From: a virus | Reading direction: 5' to 3' (one strand) | Virus record (IMG/VR): IMGVR_UViG_3300022591_000004 | Coordinates: 31,669-95,668 of that record | DNA: 64,000 bases | In this document: positions 54,834 through 63,345 of the stretch, piece after piece | Numbering within the stretch: the first letter of the stretch is position 1 | Layout: every line of letters begins with the position of its first letter | Position numbers and translations under genes: made by a program | Notes under the pieces: generated by a model | Told to the model about the DNA's origin: nothing | Databases searched by the model: none | The model's input: only the letters and a program-made list of their open reading frames with translations

Positions 54834-55071
54834 GGCGCCATATTTTGATGGCACCCAACCATGTGCACAAACAGACCCCGAATTGTTTTTCCCCGAACGA
54901 GGCCTAGACGCAATCAAATCTAAAAAGATGGTCAGAGTCATTTGTGGAAGCTGTGACTTTACGGCTGAATGTTTGGAATACTCTTTAACAACAGATGTGC
55001 TCGGTACGTGGGGCGGCCTCCTAGAAAAGGAGCGTCGCGCCATTAAACGAATGAGGCGTAAAGCGTCATAA
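54775..55071 (+). CDS. whiB: WhiB-family Fe-S transcription factor
   Basis: C..TDPELFFP...CGSC.....C...GTWGG..ER; start codon uncertain. Confidence 0.92.
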   Translation: MTQQVHALHGSSTKRTDGIKAPYFDGTQPCAQTDPELFFPERGLDAIKSKKMVRVICGSCDFTAECLEYSLTTDVLGTWGGLLEKERRAIKRMRRKAS

Positions 55072-55072
55072 A

Positions 55073-55104
55073 TAAAAAGCCCCTGATTGCTCAGGGGCTT
55101 TTTT
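55073..55104. terminator. Bidirectional intrinsic terminator
   Basis: AAAAAGCCCCTGA-TTGC-TCAGGGGCTTTTT between convergent genes. Confidence 0.9.
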
Positions 55105-55114
55105 GTATTCGCTA

Positions 55115-56206
55115 TTAGGAAGCGAAGTATGGTGTGATGGTAATTGCAGAACCTGCAGATACCGAAGCAGTTCCACCAGCAACTGATTGGGTCTTGATGG
55201 TGTTTGCACGAGCAGCAACCTTTGCGGTAACTCCTGTGATACCAGAGTGAGCTGTGATATCCGCGTGAGTCTTAGCAAAGCGGAAGTTGTTAGCGTCTGG
55301 AACAACGGTGATGGTGTAGGTACCGTTAAGGTCAGCATCGTATGCTGCTGAACCTGAACCGTTTGTAAAGCCAGCGATTGTTACTACGTCACCAACTGCG
55401 TATCCGTGACCTGTTGATGTAACGGAGGCTACGTTAGAAGCAAGTGATGCGCCAGTAATTGCTGGGGTAACTGCAGAGGCGGTTGTGACAACAAGCTCTG
55501 CATCGTTAAGGGCCTTTTGAGCATTAGCCAAAGGAGCACCAAGAACGCTAGGAACCTTTACATAGTCAACGCCAGCAACAAAAGCACCGTCGTTTGCGGT
55601 CAACTCGTCCGCATAGCGAACGCGACCTGAGATGTTGATGTAGCTACCCGTTCCTGAAGCAGAAACTGTAAAGGTGTAGCGGTTTGCAGAAGCAACAGTC
55701 AAGTTAGTTCCGTCAAGACCAGTGCCAGTAATGTTTACTGTGTCGCCTGCCTTAAGGAAGTTATTTGGAGCTGTGTAAGTCTGTGTGCTGCCATCGCCAG
55801 AAGCTTGGGTGATGATGTATACGCCCTGGTCTGAAGATGTGAAAGATGGGTATGATGCGTAGCCAGACTCTGCAATAACATGGTTATCCATGTGTACAGA
55901 GCGTGTTGGGTTGTTACCAACGGTTACTGCAACATCTCCATAAGCAAGGCTTGAGCTTGCAACCTGAGTAGTTGCTGACCACTGACGGTCGTAGTCTGAG
56001 CCACCGATGTTTGATACTGAGCCGTTACGCTCATCGTTTGGCTGAATTGGGAAGCTACGCCATACGAAGTCTACTGCAAGGTTACCAGCTGAATCTGTAG
56101 CGTGGCCATCTGCGTTTGTTCCGCCAGCCTGTGCTGCAATAGCAACGGAGTAAGCTCCTGTGCCTTGTGCAGAACCCACAGCTGCGGGTGAAGAATAGCT
56201 TGACAT
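55115..56206 (-). CDS. PASTA-domain protein with inserted beta modules
   Basis: VKVPSVLG..LANAQKAL.DAEL...TIKTQSV..GT....GSAITIT; H/N...GD.V.I.G modules. Confidence 0.7.
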   Translation of the reverse strand: MSSYSSPAAVGSAQGTGAYSVAIAAQAGGTNADGHATDSAGNLAVDFVWRSFPIQPNDERNGSVSNIGGSDYDRQWSATTQVASSSLAYGDVAVTVGNNPTRSVHMDNHVIAESGYASYPSFTSSDQGVYIITQASGDGSTQTYTAPNNFLKAGDTVNITGTGLDGTNLTVASANRYTFTVSASGTGSYINISGRVRYADELTANDGAFVAGVDYVKVPSVLGAPLANAQKALNDAELVVTTASAVTPAITGASLASNVASVTSTGHGYAVGDVVTIAGFTNGSGSAAYDADLNGTYTITVVPDANNFRFAKTHADITAHSGITGVTAKVAARANTIKTQSVAGGTASVSAGSAITITPYFAS

Positions 56207-56293
56207 TAAATTACCTCTCTAGAGTTGGTTATAACCCCATGCGCGTTGGGGCATATTAAGTTTACTGTTGGGTGTTTTAGGCGTCCCCCTAGA

Positions 56294-56479
56294 CTAGGAG
56301 GAACTTTCTCCGTTAGCGCCTCTACCAGGAGTGGCATAAACGCCTTTTTTAGCACGAGTATTGGGATTCTTTTCGACAAAGAACTTTCTAATGCCAAACC
56401 GAGAGTCAGAGACCGTAATTGGTTTAGCAATACTGGTTTTGAACTCGGAACGTCGCTTCATACTGACCATCGGTTCCAT
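56294..56479 (-). CDS. Small basic hypothetical protein
   Basis: ORF track; operon packing. Confidence 0.5.
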   Translation of the reverse strand: MEPMVSMKRRSEFKTSIAKPITVSDSRFGIRKFFVEKNPNTRAKKGVYATPGRGANGESSS

Positions 56480-56637
56480 TGAGCGGATTGAGTCTTAACA
56501 CCTGTTACTGAGCCATTAGCACGAGTAAGGGCATCTCTGAATTCCCTATCACTCATCTTGGTACGTTGAATATTCATTTGAGTCATGGACTCAGTAGCCA
56601 AGTCTTCCTTGGGCGCCAAATTTTTTCTTTTAGCCAT
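56458..56637 (-). CDS. Small hypothetical protein
   Basis: Likely start MAKRKNL, overlapping the upstream stop. Confidence 0.55.
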   Translation of the reverse strand: MAKRKNLAPKEDLATESMTQMNIQRTKMSDREFRDALTRANGSVTGVKTQSAQWNRWSV

Positions 56638-57106
56638 TTTCTTCTGATGCTTTTGGAGCATCTCCAAAGTTTGCACTAACGCCATTTCCAAGAGAAATAG
56701 AATTAAATTGTCGTGGCCCAGCGTGGTCTTTAAGAACACGAGAGGAGTAGTCCATTGTTTCATGTTGACGCTGCTGCGCGTTTGAAGCAGCTTCCTCTGC
56801 TTGAGAGTGCTTAAGCTTTGCCATCTTAGTCTCTTGCTTGCGAGTTAAAGAGCTTACTTTTAAGTTGCGTTCGTGGGCTTTGTCGGCCGCACCCTCTGCC
56901 ATTGCACTCTTGATTGCGTGTACACCGATGTCAACTTGTCCTTGGTGCGTAATAAGAGCGGCTCTATCTGCGGCACTAAGACCACCAGAGTTTTTATTTC
57001 CGCCAAATACTGCCTTTGCTGTTTTACCTATTGCAGCAAGTTTTCCAAATTGACGGGCGCCACCTGTAGAAGGGGCCTGATTAAAATTAAATGCTGATTC
57101 GGTCAT
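56630..57106 (-). CDS. Hypothetical protein
   Basis: 158 aa, Ala/Lys-rich. Confidence 0.65.
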   Translation of the reverse strand: MTESAFNFNQAPSTGGARQFGKLAAIGKTAKAVFGGNKNSGGLSAADRAALITHQGQVDIGVHAIKSAMAEGAADKAHERNLKVSSLTRKQETKMAKLKHSQAEEAASNAQQRQHETMDYSSRVLKDHAGPRQFNSISLGNGVSANFGDAPKASEENG

Positions 57107-57108
57107 AT

Positions 57109-57285
57109 CTAATGGTCTCCTAAAGTCTGACCTTTTTCTGCGTAATCAAAGTGTTTTTCTTCGCATTCACGTGCCAATGACGGGACGACATACATCGTCC
57201 CGCACAGGCCACAGGACCAGCGGTTAAAAGCTGGCTTATGCGTGATTGAAGATTTCCTGCCATGTCTTAGGGCCAACAATTCCAT
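57109..57285 (-). CDS. Possible small zinc-finger protein
   Basis: WSCGLCG...CEEKH; start uncertain, overlaps the endolysin end. Confidence 0.35.
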   Translation of the reverse strand: MELLALRHGRKSSITHKPAFNRWSCGLCGTMYVVPSLARECEEKHFDYAEKGQTLGDH

Positions 57286-58039
57286 TGGAATCAAGGCCTG
57301 GGTGACCATCTTGGATAGCAAGAATTGCCTTCTTAGTTGCTGGGCCATATTGACCATCAGCGTCAAGGTCCAAAGCTTCTTGAATAAGCTTAACGGCATC
57401 TCCAGTATCACCAGGCTTTACTTGTCCTGGGAATGGAGGAACTTGCTTTACTACAGGTGTAGCGGGGTCAGCATGAACGCCGTCCTTATAGACTGGGCGA
57501 CCAAAGCCAACAACAGAAGCCCATAGATGGCGCTTGTTATCAACCTTGTATCCACGGACGTTCATGGCGCACTCGCCACCGTTGTTTGGTGAGCCTTTAG
57601 GCTTTGAGTCAGGGGTAGTGTTTCCCTCAACAGTTGTGATAGTTCCATCGCCATTGTCTTTGACCACAATGCCAACATGTTGGATTGGGCTGTCAGGCTT
57701 AGCTGCTGGGATAAAAGAGAAGTAAACGAGGTCGCCTGGTTGTGGGTGTGCGTTAGCTGCATCTGCCCAAGCCCCTGCCTTCTTAAACGCTGCTGCACCT
57801 GCTGGGGTGTAAACAGTATTAGGAAGCTTTACTCCTGCCTTATCCGCGCACCACATCATCAAACTTCCGCACCATGCTTGGAAGTTTGCGCCCGTGAAAG
57901 CGCCATAAAGTGTTTCGTTATCCTTAGGGCCCTCAATAACACCAACCTGTGATTTAGCGACTTCAAGCATACGAGCTGCTGTCCCTGGTTGAGCGGTTGT
58001 TACTGGAGGAACTGGATTTCCTACGTTTCCTAGTGCCAT
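57236..58039 (-). CDS. Endolysin: CHAP amidase/peptidase + peptidoglycan-binding domain
   Basis: AWCG, PGDLV.F, HVGIV, TVEGNT; GDAVKLIQ..L..DG.YGP.T...GIVGPKTW. Confidence 0.9.
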   Translation of the reverse strand: MALGNVGNPVPPVTTAQPGTAARMLEVAKSQVGVIEGPKDNETLYGAFTGANFQAWCGSLMMWCADKAGVKLPNTVYTPAGAAAFKKAGAWADAANAHPQPGDLVYFSFIPAAKPDSPIQHVGIVVKDNGDGTITTVEGNTTPDSKPKGSPNNGGECAMNVRGYKVDNKRHLWASVVGFGRPVYKDGVHADPATPVVKQVPPFPGQVKPGDTGDAVKLIQEALDLDADGQYGPATKKAILAIQDGHPGLDSNGIVGPKTWQEIFNHA

Positions 58040-58047
58040 GTTATTCC

Positions 58048-58449
58048 TTAGTTGTAGTGTGGGTCGTTTTCTGAAGCTGATTCTACAGCTGCGGCAACAG
58101 GTGCTGCAGGGGCAACTACAGGTGCAATAGAGCCATCAGCTGCAGAAACAGTGATGTCGTTTCCTGCTTGACGTGCCTGTACCTGTAGGTCAGCTGCAGT
58201 TGTTGCTTGAGTATCAACAGCGGCAAACGCTGCGTTAATCTCATCAAGAGACAGCTTTCCGTCATCCATGAATCCACGAGCTAGCTTTTCTACAACAGTT
58301 GCACAAGCGGTCAAACCTGCAACAGTCATTGCCTTAAGAGTTGAGATGTGTGCGATTGCACCAGCACCAATAACTCCAAGAGCACTAGCGGTAAACGCTG
58401 CAACAATGCGCATAAGCACATTCCAAAACAGCTTAATATTGTCTTTCAT
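58048..58449 (-). CDS. Holin-like membrane protein
   Basis: Two TM helices, DDGKLSLDEIN; directly upstream of the endolysin. Confidence 0.6.
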   Translation of the reverse strand: MKDNIKLFWNVLMRIVAAFTASALGVIGAGAIAHISTLKAMTVAGLTACATVVEKLARGFMDDGKLSLDEINAAFAAVDTQATTAADLQVQARQAGNDITVSAADGSIAPVVAPAAPVAAAVESASENDPHYN

Positions 58450-58629
58450 TTACTTCTCCTTAGGGTTTCTTAGACGAAATGATGTAATCCAGAGAAAAGT
58501 CGAAATAAGAATCGCCTCTCCGATTACTTTTTTTGCCGAACCTGTCAGAACCAGCCAACCGACAAAGAGACCAAGGAAGGTCCAAATTTGATTAGCTAGG
58601 TCTCGTATAAGCTCTCTAATGAATTTCAT
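58450..58629 (-). CDS. Small two-TM membrane protein, 59 aa
   Basis: MKFIRELIRDLANQIWTFLGLFVGWLVLTGSAKKVIGEAILISTFLWITSFRLRNPKEK; TAATG coupling to the upstream gene. Confidence 0.75.
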   Translation of the reverse strand: MKFIRELIRDLANQIWTFLGLFVGWLVLTGSAKKVIGEAILISTFLWITSFRLRNPKEK

Positions 58630-60944
58630 TAGAATCTCCTTCTCAGTTGAGCTATCTGACCAACAACGAGTGTTGCGACCAGAATCTTCTTTGCCTTCTT
58701 GCGTGTGACGGGGCTCATATCGTTTCCGATGTTCTCTACAGAGACCAAGGCGTGGTTAAGTGCCTGTACCCCTGGAACGGCCGCCAGAGCCCCTTTAACG
58801 GGTGTTTCCACCACGGGGACGGCAATATCGGGGGCATTGAAAGTTGTGCCTCCAGGTTGACCTATAAAGGTCGCTACAGTAGTTATAGCTTCTGGTGGAA
58901 TCGGGAGACCAGAGCCTGGAGGCGGCGGTGGAGGCGTTAATTTGCCGTCCTCGCCTACTACTTGTGGCTGAGACTTAGTACCAAAGAACTGAATACCGCC
59001 GTTCTCAACACCTGGCTTGTCCTCTTGCACGTGAGCCACAAGAACCTCAGCAGGAGGTACACTTGGGACAGTATCCGACAAGCTATTAGGATTATCAGGA
59101 ACGAGGGTTGAAGATGAAGATTCTGGGGTTGGTTCTACCACTGGTGGGGTCGGTTGTGGTGTCGGAGTTGTGGCGGGTGAAGGCTCGGGCGTTGGCTGTG
59201 GTGCTGGGGTTGGTTGTGGCGTCGGTGACGGTGCTGGCGTGGGTTCTGGTGAAGGCGGTGGCGTAGGTGCGATATCAGTTGGCGTCGGTGCTGGCTCAGG
59301 TGAAGCACTTGAAGAGGGTTCAGGTGTTGGAGCAGGGCTTGGTGCAGGAGTGGGTTCTGCGCTTGGAGCGGGAGCTGGAGTTGGCGTTGGAGGAGCTGCA
59401 ACTGGCTCAGGGCTTGGGGCGGGTTGTGGGACAGGGACAGGTTCCACAGGAACAGCGGGCTCTGGTGCTGGCTGAGGAGTCGGTTGAGGTGTGGGAGTCG
59501 GGTCAACTGTTGGACTGGCATCAATCACCGTCACAGAATCAGTTACCGTTGATGTATGAACAACAGGAACAGGTGGAGGAGTAATTGTCACAGAATTTGA
59601 ATCCTGGGACTGACCCTGAGACGTTGAAGTATCTACAGTCGGCTGCGGAGAAGGCGTTAATGAAGTTTCGGGAGTCGGAGTTGAATCGGGAGTCGGAACG
59701 ACAGGAGGCGGAGAGGGTACGATGGGTGAAGCTATCAGAACATCAACAGGGCTAGAAAACTCAGAGTACATTTGCGCACTGTCGTTATCTGAACGAATTT
59801 TAAAGGCATAAGTTTTATCCATTCCATCTTGCGCAATAACATCTGCCCCTAAAGTAATAGATGTTGTCGTAGACGCTACACCCCAACCAGCGTTTGATGG
59901 GTCTGACCAAAACACTGCATAGCGTTCTACAGGTACTCCGCCGTCTACAGGGGCGTCCCACGTTAAAGTGATACTTCCATCGCTATTAGTAACAGCAGAT
60001 AGGTTTTGGGGCGCATTTATCGTAGGCATAGGAATAGCGTTAAGGGCCGCTATATCAGCATCTAAAGTGGCTTGGTCACTTCCTAGTTGTGCTCTAGCTA
60101 GGTCTAAAGCGGCTTGTGCGTCAGTAACAGCCGTGTTTAGTGAGGCTTCGTTATCTTGTGCAGTTTGAATTGCGGGAAGTAGAGAGTCGTCTTTTTGATA
60201 GGTAATCGTAGATGTCTGACCAAACCACGAAGATGGAACAACATTGAGGTTAGTTCCCTGCGTAGCGTAATAGAGCGTAGAACACGCACCTCCGCCATTT
60301 TCGTAGTACCAAGCATCTAATGCGTAAGCTGTACCAGCGGTTAACTGGGTGTATTGGCTCCAAGAACCGTTACAGCCTTTATCACGCCAATCGTTAATAA
60401 TAAGCTGCCCGTTAAGAGTCATATAAAACCCATCGTCAGCAATATTCATAAACCTATACTGACCAGTGGTAGGAACTGTGATAGTTCCTTGATAATGAAC
60501 AACTACATGGTCGTTGTTACATCCAGCAACGCTTCCGCTACCCCAGTTGTTATTAATCTGTGAAAATATCGTAGAGCGACAAAAGGAGCTGTCTGCGGGC
60601 GTTCTGGTGGCATAGCTATTGTAAACCGTTACGGTCAAACCAGAGCCTGACGAGGTAACTACTGGCACTGAGCTGTTGTCGTACGCAGCTTGTGCGGTAG
60701 ACACTGCTGTTGCGCCATCTACGGCCGCTTGAGTAGCTGCAGCTAAGGCGTCAGTTAACGAGGTTACGTTTGCACTATCCGTGGCAACGGTTGCTTGGTC
60801 TTGGGCCACTAATGCGGTGGCAGCGCTAACAGCGGCATGGTACTCATCTAGAGTCATGCCTTTTGCAGGTTCAGCGATTAGTGCAGGAAAAAAAGCGGCG
60901 AATAGTACGACGGATAATGCTGCGAGTACACGCAGAGCTCTCAA
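58629..60944 (-). CDS. Large exported surface protein: signal peptide, coiled coil, PA14, FN3, Pro-rich stalk, C-terminal anchor
   Basis: PA14 motifs ADDGF and YYENGGGA; FN3 APQNL..LTWDAP; ~200 aa P/T/E stalk; KKILVATLVVGQIAQLRRRF end; -10 TATAAT upstream. Confidence 0.8.
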   Translation of the reverse strand: MRALRVLAALSVVLFAAFFPALIAEPAKGMTLDEYHAAVSAATALVAQDQATVATDSANVTSLTDALAAATQAAVDGATAVSTAQAAYDNSSVPVVTSSGSGLTVTVYNSYATRTPADSSFCRSTIFSQINNNWGSGSVAGCNNDHVVVHYQGTITVPTTGQYRFMNIADDGFYMTLNGQLIINDWRDKGCNGSWSQYTQLTAGTAYALDAWYYENGGGACSTLYYATQGTNLNVVPSSWFGQTSTITYQKDDSLLPAIQTAQDNEASLNTAVTDAQAALDLARAQLGSDQATLDADIAALNAIPMPTINAPQNLSAVTNSDGSITLTWDAPVDGGVPVERYAVFWSDPSNAGWGVASTTTSITLGADVIAQDGMDKTYAFKIRSDNDSAQMYSEFSSPVDVLIASPIVPSPPPVVPTPDSTPTPETSLTPSPQPTVDTSTSQGQSQDSNSVTITPPPVPVVHTSTVTDSVTVIDASPTVDPTPTPQPTPQPAPEPAVPVEPVPVPQPAPSPEPVAAPPTPTPAPAPSAEPTPAPSPAPTPEPSSSASPEPAPTPTDIAPTPPPSPEPTPAPSPTPQPTPAPQPTPEPSPATTPTPQPTPPVVEPTPESSSSTLVPDNPNSLSDTVPSVPPAEVLVAHVQEDKPGVENGGIQFFGTKSQPQVVGEDGKLTPPPPPPGSGLPIPPEAITTVATFIGQPGGTTFNAPDIAVPVVETPVKGALAAVPGVQALNHALVSVENIGNDMSPVTRKKAKKILVATLVVGQIAQLRRRF

Positions 60945-60970
60945 TCAATCTCCCATTGACTAGAGCTTAA

Positions 60971-61165
60971 TTATACTAAGGCGAGTTCACCTTCTGGGTC
61001 GTGAATGCCTGTTGACTTTTCACGCAGGTTAACAATCATCTCTCGTCCGTGATGCCCGCAAAAGATTAGCTCACCTGTAGAAAATGTAACGACAATCTTT
61101 CCAGCAGCGCTGCAGTAGTCACATCGGTCTTGAAGCGTTAATTCGCGTTCAATAGTCTCTACCAT
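60971..61165 (-). CDS. Small zinc-binding protein (actinobacterial DRCDxC...FCGHH type)
   Basis: LTLQDRCDYC...LIFCGHH. Confidence 0.65.
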   Translation of the reverse strand: MVETIERELTLQDRCDYCSAAGKIVVTFSTGELIFCGHHGREMIVNLREKSTGIHDPEGELALV

Positions 61166-61527
61166 TATGGCTTCTTTGCTTTAATACCGTGCGATTCAAA
61201 CATTTTACGATTTTCTTTTTTATCATCGTAAGCTTTTTTAACTTTAAATTGACGTGAAATCTTTGTGCTTAGTTCGTGTTCTTTTTCCTTGGGGTCGCTT
61301 TCTGTATCCCCTGTAGGACGAACATCAAGCTCAGCTTTTCCTAAGCCCTCTTTTTTTAACCATGCTTCAGTAGAGCCTTTTTTATTTGCCCCTTCAGCAC
61401 TAAGAACAATCAGATGCTCTTTATCTTCATCCTTACGAGCTTTTTTGACCATGTGTTTAATCGGCTTGCCGCTATCTTTTTTTAGCGTACCGTTAAAGTC
61501 AAAAATGACAGCTTTCTCTTTACTCAT
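61165..61527 (-). CDS. HAD-like (PNK phosphatase-type) protein, probably degenerate
   Basis: IFDFNGTL, VLSA, RPTGD..SD..K, AYDD. Confidence 0.6.
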   Translation of the reverse strand: MSKEKAVIFDFNGTLKKDSGKPIKHMVKKARKDEDKEHLIVLSAEGANKKGSTEAWLKKEGLGKAELDVRPTGDTESDPKEKEHELSTKISRQFKVKKAYDDKKENRKMFESHGIKAKKP

Positions 61528-61672
61528 TGTTTTTTGCTCGGTTAGCCTTTATCTCGTCAATCTCTTTAAGGTATTGATTGGCAGCCTGGAGGTAGCCTGC
61601 AAATAGGGGGTGTGGCGCTTCTTCATTAGGCACACGAGCTGGGTCGTTTGCGCGGTCTTCTGGATTACTCAC
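61520..61672 (-). CDS. Small protein, 50 aa (NDPARV motif)
   Basis: MSNPEDRANDPARVPNEEAPHPLFAGYLQAANQYLKEIDEIKANRAKNNE; GTGA overlap. Confidence 0.6.
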   Translation of the reverse strand: MSNPEDRANDPARVPNEEAPHPLFAGYLQAANQYLKEIDEIKANRAKNNE

Positions 61673-61965
61673 TTTGCCTTCTTTCCTGCTCGGCGCTTAT
61701 TTTCTTTAGCAACATTCTTAGAGTGGCTCATAGCCTGTAGGTTACTTTGTCCATCATGTCCTTTACGACCACCGTTATCTTTATGGTCTACATCGGTATC
61801 ACGAGAAAGCTTCTTGCCTGTCTTGCTTTCATAGTCTACGCGTGCCTTATTAGAAGACGTGGTATGCCACTTTCCGTCCTTACCTTTTGTCTTAAAGACA
61901 TAGATAGGGCGACCACCATTTTCTTTAGAGCCTTTATAAGGCCCAAACCTCTTTGTCTCAGCCAT
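61669..61965 (-). CDS. HNH-motif protein
   Basis: DVDHKDN...NLQAMSHSKN. Confidence 0.65.
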   Translation of the reverse strand: MAETKRFGPYKGSKENGGRPIYVFKTKGKDGKWHTTSSNKARVDYESKTGKKLSRDTDVDHKDNGGRKGHDGQSNLQAMSHSKNVAKENKRRAGKKAK

Positions 61966-62123
61966 TATTTCTTCTTTTTTCTAGATACCGCTATATTATC
62001 GACAGCGTTTGGATAAGGACGACCAGCAGCCTTAGCGCGTGCCTTAGCCTCAGACACCTTCTCTGGTGACATCTTTGTTGACTTCTTCTTTGGGTTTGGG
62101 GTGTCCCATACTTGCTTGGCCAT
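61965..62123 (-). CDS. Small Lys-rich protein, 52 aa
   Basis: MAKQVWDTPNPKKK...AKARAKAAGRPYPNAVDN; TAATG overlaps on both sides. Confidence 0.7.
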   Translation of the reverse strand: MAKQVWDTPNPKKKSTKMSPEKVSEAKARAKAAGRPYPNAVDNIAVSRKKKK

Positions 62124-62380
62124 TAACAATCCCACTTTCTTAGAGCTAGTGCTTTACGGGTTGGCTTTCCGCCTGGACCAATCATAGGCCCTGGCATACC
62201 GCCCATGCGAGCACAGAACGACTTGCGGCGTGATGCAGCTTTAGGAGAGTGCTTAGCCTCTTTAGCAGATACTGGCGGCTTAAGGTGGTGACCTTCACGA
62301 GCAGCAGAAGCACGGCCCTTGGCGTTTAATCCGCCCTCTGGGTTCTTTCCTTCTTTACGTTGCCAAGCTGGAGATGCCAT
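62123..62380 (-). CDS. Small basic phage protein
   Basis: AWQRKEGKNPEGGLNAKGRAS...RRKSFCARM...ALRKWDC. Confidence 0.75.
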   Translation of the reverse strand: MASPAWQRKEGKNPEGGLNAKGRASAAREGHHLKPPVSAKEAKHSPKAASRRKSFCARMGGMPGPMIGPGGKPTRKALALRKWDC

Positions 62381-62605
62381 TTACTTTCCCGTCGTACGGT
62401 GGTACTTCTTAACAGAAGCCACGCCTTGCTTTACAGTCTTGGCGCCAGCCTTTTTTGTTAAATCAATCTTGTCCCACTTAGGGTCATTTTTTCCTGCATG
62501 GTTGACAATAACGTCACCCTTTTTATCTTTGTAGACCTTGTGAACAGCTCCACTGCCTTTATGTGAACCTTTAACTACAACGGTAGCTGGCTTATCTTTT
62601 TTCAT
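62381..62605 (-). CDS. Small Lys-rich protein
   Basis: 74 aa, operon packing. Confidence 0.65.
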   Translation of the reverse strand: MKKDKPATVVVKGSHKGSGAVHKVYKDKKGDVIVNHAGKNDPKWDKIDLTKKAGAKTVKQGVASVKKYHRTTGK

Positions 62606-62796
62606 CGGTTGTACGTCCTTAACTGCTTATTGAGAATGTCTTGTGCTTGTTCAGAAACTTCATAACGACCCTTTTGGTCTTTGACTGCTCCCATAGGACC
62701 GTAGCCCACAGAGCGAAATTCCATAACACGAGAGCGGTTAGAAGGAAATAAGCCTGAACGCATAGCCTTTGTTTTTCCTAAAGCTCTATCCAACAT
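62602..62796 (-). CDS. Small basic protein
   Basis: 64 aa, ATGA overlap. Confidence 0.55.
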   Translation of the reverse strand: MLDRALGKTKAMRSGLFPSNRSRVMEFRSVGYGPMGAVKDQKGRYEVSEQAQDILNKQLRTYNR

Positions 62797-62959
62797 TATT
62801 CATCGCCTCATCTATTTGTCGCTTAAGTGGCACACGGAATGCTGGATGCTTATTGCCTGGATGAGACATGGGCTCATCAAGCGCTTCTTCCATAGCATTT
62901 TTGGCGCCAGATAGGTCTACTACCCGTGCAGGGTCATTGGACTTATCTTCAACGCTCAT
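62786..62959 (-). CDS. Small protein, 57 aa (NDPARV motif)
   Basis: MSVEDKSNDPARVVDLSGAKNAMEEALDEPMSHPGNKHPAFRVPLKRQIDEAMNNVG. Confidence 0.6.
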   Translation of the reverse strand: MSVEDKSNDPARVVDLSGAKNAMEEALDEPMSHPGNKHPAFRVPLKRQIDEAMNNVG

Positions 62960-62979
62960 GTCTTTATTCTCCCGCGTTT

Positions 62980-63213
62980 TTACTCTTTATCGGGGTTAAA
63001 AGCGACTTGATACTCCAGAGTGGCGTTTTCTAGTAAGCCAACGAGGACATACCCCATTTTTCTATGTTTGAGGGCAAAGTGAGCTTTCCACTCCGATGGC
63101 TCAGTAAAGCGCAAAGCACAGCCATTATTAATATCTTGGTAGACGACAGTGGCAAAGAGGCCCAAATCGCCTGGCTCTTCTTGCTGTTCTAGTACCCAAT
63201 TAAGGAAGTGCAT
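62980..63213 (-). CDS. Hypothetical protein (YozE-like start)
   Basis: F..W...Q....GDLG.FA; leaderless -10 TACTTT. Confidence 0.55.
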   Translation of the reverse strand: MHFLNWVLEQQEEPGDLGLFATVVYQDINNGCALRFTEPSEWKAHFALKHRKMGYVLVGLLENATLEYQVAFNPDKE

Positions 63214-63240
63214 TGGATAAAAGTACAGGCTGAAATAAAG

Positions 63241-63345
63241 CTAGTCTTGCTTTAAGTAGTTAACTTCTTCCCTCAAGTACATGACTTCATTCCAGAGCAT
63301 CTCCATGTTGTGCTCTAGGATTTCGATGCGCTCTTCGCTAGTCAC
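63241..63345 (-). CDS. Small coiled-coil peptide, 34 aa
   Basis: MTSEERIEILEHNMEMLWNEVMYLREEVNYLKQD; GTGA overlap. Confidence 0.5.
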   Translation of the reverse strand: MTSEERIEILEHNMEMLWNEVMYLREEVNYLKQD

